IMG/VR virus record: IMGVR_UViG_3300048599_000119
Coordinates: 1 to 24,891 of that record
Reading direction: 5' to 3' (one strand)
Source of the DNA: a virus
Taxonomy: Duplodnaviria; Caudoviricetes
DNA length: 24,891 nucleotides
The translations under genes and the position numbers were made by a program. The notes below the pieces were generated by a model. That model did not search any database and was not told where the DNA came from. It saw only the letters and a list, made by a program, of their open reading frames with translations. This document shows, piece after piece, positions 16,681 to 24,065 of this stretch; the stretch's first letter is position 1; each line of letters starts with the position of its first letter.

Positions 16681-16854
16681 TTACAGATGGACCGGCTTAC
16701 CGGTGCGGCGTGCGATGGCGAGGGCCTGCTGGATAGCCTTCTTCTTGGCGGCCTCACGGCTTGCCGCGTTGCCGGGCGTGTAGACGTACTTGGCACCCGT
16801 GGTGCCGTACTGAAATGCCGGCTTGCCGTTCTTGGTTGTGCGGTGTAGAGGCAT
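16681..16854 (-). CDS. small basic protein (57 aa, not in the ORF track)
   Basis: MPLHRTTKNGKPAFQYGTTGAKYVYTPGNAASREAAKKKAIQQALAIARRTGKPVHL; GGGAG ribosome-binding site 6 nt upstream. Confidence 0.8.
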   Translation of the reverse strand: MPLHRTTKNGKPAFQYGTTGAKYVYTPGNAASREAAKKKAIQQALAIARRTGKPVHL

Positions 16855-16867
16855 GATTCGCTCCCTG

Positions 16868-18184
16868 TCAGGACTTCAGCGGTCCAACATCGCGTCCACC
16901 GTCGATCAAGTACCGCTTCGGGCCGTTCTTTTCGTTCTCATGCCGCAGTTTGCAGTTCATCCGCCAGGTGATGCCGTGCTTCGGATTGACGCCGTGGAGC
17001 CACTGCGACGGTTCCCGGTAGCCGGACAGGGCGTTGTACGCGAAAGCATCGGTGCCCACCCAAGAGCCGTTCACGAGCAGTTCGCCGTCAACGTCGGATA
17101 GCACACTGGCGGCGTGGTGGTGGCCGACGCAGAAATACCGGCAGCGCTCCGCACCGGCCGCCGCGCCCAGGGCGATGAGGCCCTTTTGCCGGCGGACCAT
17201 GCCGTACCAGGGGATGCCCAGGTTGGAGCGAACGTCGTCACCGTGGCTTACGTTGAAGCCGACGCCGTTGATATTGACGTTGGCACTCCAGGCATCGGGG
17301 ATGGTGAAGTGGACGTTGCCCAAGTCGCGGCAATGGAGCCGGGCCACTTCTCCCACGAGGTAATCCCAGTTGTCGTGGGCACCCAAGTAATCCTTCTTGG
17401 GAGTACGGCGGCCGTGGTTGCCGGCCAGGTAGAGGACGTTGACCTGCTCGAAGTGGGCGGCCAGGTCACGGTACATCAGGGCGTGGAGTTGGCCGATGGC
17501 CAGGCAGTTCTTGAACTGGTTGCGGTAGTAGGACCGCTCGCACGCCCGGTGAATCTCGCCGCTGGTGTAGTCGCCATAGGCCAAGACCCACAAAACTGGA
17601 AAGGCAAACTTGGGGGCCAAGGTGTCGTGGCACCATTCAACCACCGTGTCCACGTAGCGCTCGGCCCGGCAGCACGAGACGGGGAAGTTGTAGCCTTCCA
17701 GGCCGCCGACCTCCTCCGGTCGCACCACCTGATCGTGGTGGCCGTCGGAAAGGTGCATTACGACGTGCTCGACGATCTCCGCCTTGCGGCGGAACTCGAC
17801 CGCCTGCGGAAGGGGCGCAAATGGCTTGATGCGCTGCTCCATCTCCGCGACGACCGCCTTGAACAGGCCGGCGATCTTCGCCCCGGCCTTGACCTTCTGC
17901 CGCTCGCGGTTCCGCTCTTCGGTCAAGTGGACGATCTCGGCCTCCAATTCCAAGACCCGCTTGTCGGTCGGATCGTAGTCGGGAATCGTCTTGTGCTGGC
18001 CGCCGGCTCGCTTGGGCATCGGCGATTCTCCGCCGGGCCATTGCACGTCCTTGTGGACGCGGCCGGTGGCGATGTCCGAAATGATGGAACGGCTGACCTT
18101 GAATCGCTTAGCGATGTCCGGCTGCGTCACGCCATCCGTGATGGCCTGCTTGATCTTCTCAACCTTCTTCTTGGTCAGCTTCAT
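16868..18184 (-). CDS. HTH / coiled-coil / metallophosphoesterase fusion
   Basis: N-terminal TQPDIAKRFKVSRSIISDI HTH; LSDGH, YGD, AGNHGR, SHGD and VGHHH motifs. Confidence 0.85.
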   Translation of the reverse strand: MKLTKKKVEKIKQAITDGVTQPDIAKRFKVSRSIISDIATGRVHKDVQWPGGESPMPKRAGGQHKTIPDYDPTDKRVLELEAEIVHLTEERNRERQKVKAGAKIAGLFKAVVAEMEQRIKPFAPLPQAVEFRRKAEIVEHVVMHLSDGHHDQVVRPEEVGGLEGYNFPVSCCRAERYVDTVVEWCHDTLAPKFAFPVLWVLAYGDYTSGEIHRACERSYYRNQFKNCLAIGQLHALMYRDLAAHFEQVNVLYLAGNHGRRTPKKDYLGAHDNWDYLVGEVARLHCRDLGNVHFTIPDAWSANVNINGVGFNVSHGDDVRSNLGIPWYGMVRRQKGLIALGAAAGAERCRYFCVGHHHAASVLSDVDGELLVNGSWVGTDAFAYNALSGYREPSQWLHGVNPKHGITWRMNCKLRHENEKNGPKRYLIDGGRDVGPLKS

Positions 18185-18239
18185 AGTGTTTGCTCGTGTC
18201 AGTCGATAGCTGAGGCTTGTCGCGTCGGGATAGAGAGAG

Positions 18240-18269
18240 GCCGGGTGGCGCTGCCCCTCGCCACCCGGC
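18240..18269 (-). terminator. GC-rich hairpin, probable terminator or RNA-stabilising stem
   Basis: perfect 11-bp inverted repeat GCCGGGTGGCG/CGCCACCCGGC, 8-nt loop, followed by CTCTCTCT on the minus strand. Confidence 0.65.
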
Positions 18270-18322
18270 TCAAGTGCTGTCGGTCACAAGAGGCGGGATT
18301 GGGGCAGGGAGAGAGAACGGCC

Positions 18323-19279
18323 TCAAGAGGACCGACGGCCCGCGCGGTTGAACAGTCGTTCGACCCACATTACAGCGTTGTCGAAATTGAACGGCGGTTT
18401 GAAGGCGGCCGGCTCGTCGGGACCAGCGGCGGGAGTGCGGTCGCCGCCGGGCGACTGGCCGGCGTCTTCCACGGGGATCGCCTCGATCTCCTGCAAGCTG
18501 GGCATCGGCACCGTGGGGTCGATGGCCCATTCGATCTTCGACGCCTTGGCCCAACCGTGGATGCGGCGGATGGGCACGATAAAGTTGAAGCCCTGCAACT
18601 GCGTCACGCCCTGGGTCAACATGCCGATGTACAGGCCGCTGTCTTTCAGGTACATGCCGCCGCCCGAGGAGCCGGGGAACGAAACGGTCGTGACCTGATC
18701 GAAGACCTTGACGTTGGCACCCTTCATCGGCAGCGTCCGGCCTACCTGGGAGAGCACGCCGGTGGTGTAGCTATTGGCCCCGAACTGCCCCAGGAGACTG
18801 CCGCAGTGACTCAGATCGACGCCGATGGGCGGGATGTAGTTCGGGTCTTTGTGAAACTTGGCGCAGACGTTCAGCGGATACGCCCCTTTGCAGCGAACCA
18901 TGAGCACGGCCAAGTCCTCGCCGTAGTCGGCGTCGCTGACCTTGATGATCTTGCAGTCGTACTTGACCTCGCCCACCCGGCGGCCGTCTTGTTGCCGCTC
19001 CTGGACAATCTCGGCATCCTTGTACTCGACAAGGATGCGCGAGGTGCCCTGCGGCGTCACGACCGTCCGCGTGGTCCGCAGGCCATCGACGACGTGGGCG
19101 GCCGTCCAAATGAAGCTCACGGTGTCGTCGCCCACTTGGCGGGTAACGAGGGTGCCGGAGCCTTGGGCGCGGCCCGCCTTGATGGTGACGCTCACACTCT
19201 GCAAATCATCCGGGACACCGGCGAGCGCCGGAGCCGCGGTCAGAGAGATCAGGGTCAGGACCAACAGCACGTACTTCAT
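18323..19279 (-). CDS. secreted trypsin-like serine protease
   Basis: signal peptide ending APALA; catalytic triad motifs TAAHV, DLAVL, GSSGG. Confidence 0.9.
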   Translation of the reverse strand: MKYVLLVLTLISLTAAPALAGVPDDLQSVSVTIKAGRAQGSGTLVTRQVGDDTVSFIWTAAHVVDGLRTTRTVVTPQGTSRILVEYKDAEIVQERQQDGRRVGEVKYDCKIIKVSDADYGEDLAVLMVRCKGAYPLNVCAKFHKDPNYIPPIGVDLSHCGSLLGQFGANSYTTGVLSQVGRTLPMKGANVKVFDQVTTVSFPGSSGGGMYLKDSGLYIGMLTQGVTQLQGFNFIVPIRRIHGWAKASKIEWAIDPTVPMPSLQEIEAIPVEDAGQSPGGDRTPAAGPDEPAAFKPPFNFDNAVMWVERLFNRAGRRSS

Positions 19280-19320
19280 CGCTGCAACTCCACGGGGTTA
19301 GATTGTGCTCACGGATCAAT

Positions 19321-21357
19321 TCAAGATGTCGTTTCTTCCACCAGCACTTCGCCTTCCTCGCCAGCATCCGTCCAATCGACGCCTTCGAGGATTTCGCCCA
19401 TCGTCATTAGCTCCAGCTTTCGGTTGGCGCGGATCACGTCCAACACGCGGCGGTCGCTGGGCAGGTGGATCAGGTCCACGATGGTGCATCCCAGGTTTTC
19501 ATCCATGCCCTTGCGGTGGATGCGGTCCTCGGACTGGACCCGAAATTCCGGCTTCCAACTGTTGGACCAGTACACCGCCATGCGGGCCTCCACCAGCGTC
19601 AGGCTCATGCCGCCCGACTCGGGGTTGGCCACGAAGGCAACCTTGGCGTGGCCTTCGAGATTGGCCCAGTAATCCAGGGGCTCCTCCTCGGTCGCCAACG
19701 TGCCCTCCGGGCTATCACTTTTGGCGTGGAAGACCTGGAAGTTGCCCTGGTCGCACCGCACTACGTCCCACTTGTCCTTCAGGCACAGTCGCACGATGCG
19801 GTCCACCGAGCCGGTGAAGCCGGCGAAAATCACCAGCCGCCCGACTTCCTCGTTCTCGTCCAAGAGCATCTTCAGGGCGGCGTCCTTCGGGCAGGGAACC
19901 TCCCGCGCGACGCGAACCATCCTCGGAACTTCTCGCTTGCCGCCGCACGCCGGGCAGGCAACCGTCTGCTTGACGAGCCGAGCCTTCAAGTCCGGGTCCA
20001 GTAGGTCGATGGCCTGGTACGTGGCCTCGGGATCGTCCGGGTCCACCCACTCCGCCACCGTGCCGTCCGTGCAGTGCGTGCATTTCGCCACGCCATCCTG
20101 TTGCTCGCGGTACTGGAATCCGTCGCTCAGTTCCCGCAGCAAGGTCATGCCCGTGACGGCGTTGGGGGCCGCCTGGACCAAGGCTTCAGCCACGCGCAAA
20201 GTGCTTGCGGCCGGCTTGCAGACGATCTTCCGGTATCGCTTCTCGGGCAGTTGCAAGCAGTCCTTCTTGTGCTTGATGACCACCAGCCCCTTGAGCCGCT
20301 GGTAGAGATAGGCAACTTCATTGGTGCTGGGGGCGAACTTGTGGTAGTCATCCGGGTCCGTCGCGCCGTCCAACTCGTGTGGCCCTTCCTCGAAGGTCTC
20401 CCCACACTCCGCGCACTTACGCTCGTCGTCCTTCCAGCCGATCCGCTTCTTGAACTTGCCGGCGTCGAACTGCTGCTCGACCATGAACGCCAGCCGCTCT
20501 TCCATCGCCCGGCGGCTGCCCTCCTTGAGGAAGCCGGGCCAGGCGATCTCGCACTGGCTCCACCAGTCGCAGGGCGTCTTCGGGGACGGCGTGCCCGACA
20601 TCTCGATCACGTAGCCGTCAAGGCCGTGCTTCTCGCGGATCAAGTCGGCGAGCTTCTGGCAGGCTTTCGCGCGCTGTGACGTGTCGGTCTTGCACCGGCT
20701 CGATTCATCGGCCACGAAGAATCGGGGAAGTCTCTGCGAGCTGTCCCACTCGTCCATCACGCGGACGAGTCCTTCGTAGGTGAAGAACTCAATCCGTATG
20801 CGGTCGAAGGGAAAGCCCCATAGCTTGAACTCGCGCTTGATGTTCGGGATGCTGGTCTTCGGTCCCGCCCACCACACCAGATCGACGCCCGACTTCTCAA
20901 TCACCATTTGGGCGGCGAGGGTCTTGCCGGTGCCCATTTCGGCACCGAATATCTGGTAGCAGTAGGTCAGGCCCGCGTCGGCCATGTCCGCCTGGTGCGG
21001 CATGAGCTTTTGCGGCACGCCGCCGCGTGCGAGCGTCCGGTACTCGTGACGCACCAGCGGCCGGTCGAACCAGGCGTAGACATCCTCGCCGCGCAGATAG
21101 CCGATCTGGAACCGATTGCGCTGGCAGTCCTCCACGGACCACACCTTCACGCGGGCGTACTCGCCCTCGTCATCGTAGCCGTGGAAGCGCGCACCGCGCA
21201 TGGCCTTGATCTCGGACATCAGCCCATAGCGGGTCTTCGTCCCGACCTTGCCATCCCAGAAGTAGATGCGGCCATCCTTGCGTTCCAGCAAGACCGGCAC
21301 TCGGATGCGTGTGCCGCTGGATGTTTGGGCCTCGATCTTTACGGCTTCAAGCGACAT
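19321..21357 (-). CDS. SNF2-like superfamily 2 helicase
   Basis: EMGTGKT, VADES, MSGTP, ESGGMSLTL, QSEDRIHRKG. Confidence 0.9.
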   Translation of the reverse strand: MSLEAVKIEAQTSSGTRIRVPVLLERKDGRIYFWDGKVGTKTRYGLMSEIKAMRGARFHGYDDEGEYARVKVWSVEDCQRNRFQIGYLRGEDVYAWFDRPLVRHEYRTLARGGVPQKLMPHQADMADAGLTYCYQIFGAEMGTGKTLAAQMVIEKSGVDLVWWAGPKTSIPNIKREFKLWGFPFDRIRIEFFTYEGLVRVMDEWDSSQRLPRFFVADESSRCKTDTSQRAKACQKLADLIREKHGLDGYVIEMSGTPSPKTPCDWWSQCEIAWPGFLKEGSRRAMEERLAFMVEQQFDAGKFKKRIGWKDDERKCAECGETFEEGPHELDGATDPDDYHKFAPSTNEVAYLYQRLKGLVVIKHKKDCLQLPEKRYRKIVCKPAASTLRVAEALVQAAPNAVTGMTLLRELSDGFQYREQQDGVAKCTHCTDGTVAEWVDPDDPEATYQAIDLLDPDLKARLVKQTVACPACGGKREVPRMVRVAREVPCPKDAALKMLLDENEEVGRLVIFAGFTGSVDRIVRLCLKDKWDVVRCDQGNFQVFHAKSDSPEGTLATEEEPLDYWANLEGHAKVAFVANPESGGMSLTLVEARMAVYWSNSWKPEFRVQSEDRIHRKGMDENLGCTIVDLIHLPSDRRVLDVIRANRKLELMTMGEILEGVDWTDAGEEGEVLVEETTS

Positions 21358-22537
21358 GCAATCTCCCTCGGGCGATTTCGCAGTTGTGCTCGGTCAACTC
21401 GACGCCGATGCACGGGCGGCCGAGTCGCTTGGCGGCCAGGAGCGTGGTGCCGCTGCCGGCGAACGGGTCGAGAATCACGCCTCCACTGGGCGTGGAGAGC
21501 AGCGTCAGCAGGTATTCCATGAGCGCCAAAGGCTTCACCGTCGGATGGTCGTTGCCTGGACCTCGCTCTTTGCGCGTCGCCTTGGCGCAATAGAAGAACC
21601 GGCTCGCACCGCCCGAGTCGCCGTAGCTCACCTGCACGTCGCCCGCCCTGCCAAGTCCGCCGTGATAGCCGTCGCCGGCTTTCGTGCGGACGCAGTTGGT
21701 GCCGCTGGTGAGCGTGCCGGTTTGTGCATCGAGTCGCACCGCTGCCTCGTCATCCAGCAGCAAGTTCGCCGGCCATCGTCCGCACTCCGATCCGCCCACG
21801 GGCGAGCGGTTCGTGCTGGCCCAGCCGGCATCCGTCAGGCTGTCGCCGCGCGTGCGTACCGTGCTTTCGGTGCCGATCCGGCAGGCGTCGATGTTCATGC
21901 CAGCTACGCCCCAGGCGAGGGCGTTGTGGGCAATCGTGCCGTCCAGCGGCTTCATCGCCAGGACGATGGGCTCCCACGCCGGCTTGAGAGCCATCGCCCA
22001 GCCGGTCCATTTCGCGGCCTCGGGCGTGGCTGGTGCCGTTATCTGCGCGGCCCGGAGCCGAGCATCCGTGCCAGGGGCATGAAGTCCGTTTCCGCCGCCG
22101 TAGCACCCGTTTCCCTTGCCTTCGCGCAGATGGTAGCCGGGGCGGTCGAGCTTGTCGCCGATCACTTGGCGCGCCGCGCCTTGCGATTTGTCGATCAGCT
22201 TGCCGATGTCGCCGCACTTAGGCATCCCCTGCCCATAGAGCCACATCAAGGCGTCTCGGATTTCCCATCCGGCGTCCTCGATTGCGCAAGTCAACCTGTG
22301 GTAGGTCCGCGTGCCGCCGAACGCCAACAGCACTGCCCCCGGCTTGGACACTCGCGCGACGGTTCGCCAATACTCGGGTCCGGGAACTTCGTGGTCCCAG
22401 TCCTTCTCCATGAAGCCGATCCCGTAGGGTGGGTCTGTGACCACGAAGTCCACCGACGCCTCGGGCAACGTCGGCAGCACCTCGCGGAGATCGCCGCAGT
22501 ACAGGCTCAGGTTGTCTTGCTCGAAGAAAGGCCGCAT
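21347..22537 (-). CDS. beta-class N4-C/N6-A DNA methyltransferase
   Basis: VTDPPY, HPTVKP, LDPFAGSGTT, GVEL. Confidence 0.92.
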   Translation of the reverse strand: MRPFFEQDNLSLYCGDLREVLPTLPEASVDFVVTDPPYGIGFMEKDWDHEVPGPEYWRTVARVSKPGAVLLAFGGTRTYHRLTCAIEDAGWEIRDALMWLYGQGMPKCGDIGKLIDKSQGAARQVIGDKLDRPGYHLREGKGNGCYGGGNGLHAPGTDARLRAAQITAPATPEAAKWTGWAMALKPAWEPIVLAMKPLDGTIAHNALAWGVAGMNIDACRIGTESTVRTRGDSLTDAGWASTNRSPVGGSECGRWPANLLLDDEAAVRLDAQTGTLTSGTNCVRTKAGDGYHGGLGRAGDVQVSYGDSGGASRFFYCAKATRKERGPGNDHPTVKPLALMEYLLTLLSTPSGGVILDPFAGSGTTLLAAKRLGRPCIGVELTEHNCEIARGRLHVA

Positions 22538-22570
22538 AGTAAGAGAAAGCCCGAAAGATGCGATAGTCGT

Positions 22571-22606
22571 CTACACGATATGACGTAAGCTCCGCGCGAA
22601 TCTGGA
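22571..22606 (-). promoter_or_regulatory. conserved promoter-like motif, copy 4
   Basis: minus strand TCCAGA TTCGCGCGGAGCTTA CGTCATA TCGT GTAG, intergenic, 33 nt before ATG 22537. Confidence 0.8.
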
Positions 22607-22609
22607 GTG

Positions 22610-23134
22610 TTACCGGCCCCTTTTGTCTTCCAAGAGCAGGAAGGTCTGATCTGTTTGGGTGCGGGGTGTGAAGTCGCCCCAGACGTTCAGGCCGGCAGCC
22701 GTGAAGAGGCCATAGAGCTTGTTGAAGCAGTGCCGCACGGGCGTCGGGGCGGCTTTGCCGCATCCCGAAACGACCGCATCCCGCCATTGGGAGAGGGTTC
22801 CCGTGAGGACCGCCGCCTGCACGCCCCGCACAATTGTCTCGACCACTACAAACGGCATCCCCGCCAATTGCAGAATTTCCAGCATGTCCCGTTCATCCGC
22901 CCCAATGAAGGCGCTGAACGCGACGTGCTTCAGCAGGTGAGGGGACAGCCCGACCGGTGCCCGCTCGTCGCGCATCGCGGCCAAGCAGCTTAGGAACCGC
23001 TCGGCGTCCGACAACTCCCGGCGGCAGGCGTCCGAAGAGGCAGCCGGCGACCGACCGAGCACCTTATGGCTCAGGCCGATGAAGGTGCGGAAGTCGATGG
23101 ACGGCACTTGAATGAGCACAGCGTCGGGCAACAT
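22610..23134 (-). CDS. hypothetical protein, possibly a degenerate ThyX-fold protein
   Basis: LLKHVAFSAFI and VLTGTLSQWRD...A...VR resemble ThyX blocks; the RHRxxS motif is absent. Confidence 0.5.
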   Translation of the reverse strand: MLPDAVLIQVPSIDFRTFIGLSHKVLGRSPAASSDACRRELSDAERFLSCLAAMRDERAPVGLSPHLLKHVAFSAFIGADERDMLEILQLAGMPFVVVETIVRGVQAAVLTGTLSQWRDAVVSGCGKAAPTPVRHCFNKLYGLFTAAGLNVWGDFTPRTQTDQTFLLLEDKRGR

Positions 23135-23216
23135 GGTCCTGATAAGCTCCGCCTGCTGGAATCCCCTTCACCGGCAAGGCCGATTGAGGCTGAGGCCAGG
23201 TGGAAAAGAGGTGGAA

Positions 23217-23247
23217 GCCGAGGGCGGTCGCTGATGCCGCCCTCGGC
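23217..23247 (-). terminator. GC-rich hairpin, probable terminator
   Basis: perfect 11-bp inverted repeat GCCGAGGGCGG/CCGCCCTCGGC, 9-nt loop, followed by TTCCACCTCTTTT; 12 nt after the upstream stop. Confidence 0.7.
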
Positions 23248-23259
23248 CCGAAGAAGAGA

Positions 23260-23997
23260 TCACCGGGCGCGGGCCGGCTTGCTGTCCCGGACCTTCTCGA
23301 CACCGTTGTCCTTGATCGTGAGGAACTTGCTGATTTCCCGCACGATCACGTCGTCGGACGGAAGCCGAGTGAACGGCGTGGAGCACATCACGACCACGGG
23401 GACGTGCCAGGTGCCCTTGCGGTTCTCGGCCACCTTGACCTTCAAGGTGACGGGGATCGGCCCGTGGGGCTTCAGGTCGCCGACCGGATTACCGGCCGCC
23501 GCCTTGGCGTTGATGTCCGCTTGCGTGAGCGGCAGGAAGGGGAAGAGCTTCTTGGCCTCGATGCGGCTTGACTTGTTGCCGCAGAAGAACTCCAGAAAGC
23601 GGCCCGTCGAGCGTTCGTACACCAGGAAGCTGGGGCCGTACTGGCAGTGGGAATCGGCCTCGGTGGACTTGGCCGCGATCCGCTTGAACTCCTCGGATTC
23701 CATGTCGTAGGAGATCACGAGGGCCTCCATGTCGGTCATGTCGATGGCCTTGGGACGGCGGGCCAGCGGGAGCACGTCCACGGACGGCCCCAAGTCGATG
23801 ATCTCTTCGTCGGACTCCGGGACGCCGTAGTGGCCTTGGGGAATGAGGCCCTTCATGTTGGCCTTCGACTTCGTGTAAAGCTGGATGCGGCCGATGTAGT
23901 CGCCACCCTTGGCCAGTTCCGCGAACTGGTCGTCGGTGCCGATCTGGGTGGAGGGAAGCTGGTCGAGGTTGATGGGAACCAAGGCGGTGTCGGACAT
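23260..23997 (-). CDS. putative phage single-stranded DNA-binding / replication protein
   Basis: clean 245-aa ORF; ENRKGTWHVP resembles phage SSB-like proteins; function inferred from context. Confidence 0.5.
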   Translation of the reverse strand: MSDTALVPINLDQLPSTQIGTDDQFAELAKGGDYIGRIQLYTKSKANMKGLIPQGHYGVPESDEEIIDLGPSVDVLPLARRPKAIDMTDMEALVISYDMESEEFKRIAAKSTEADSHCQYGPSFLVYERSTGRFLEFFCGNKSSRIEAKKLFPFLPLTQADINAKAAAGNPVGDLKPHGPIPVTLKVKVAENRKGTWHVPVVVMCSTPFTRLPSDDVIVREISKFLTIKDNGVEKVRDSKPARAR

Positions 23998-24065
23998 AGT
24001 TGTTCTTTCGATTCTGGTTCGGGTTTCGGGGTTAGGGTTCGCGTTTCAGGTTTCGAGAAGGTCTG

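Noticed and set aside
17114-19672. 852-aa plus-strand ORF
   Set aside because: Antisense shadow of three well-supported minus-strand genes; no motifs; long stop-free antisense frames are expected in GC-rich DNA.
24028-24040. Telomere-like GGGTTAGGGTT
   Set aside because: A single unit within the degenerate leader repeat, not an array.
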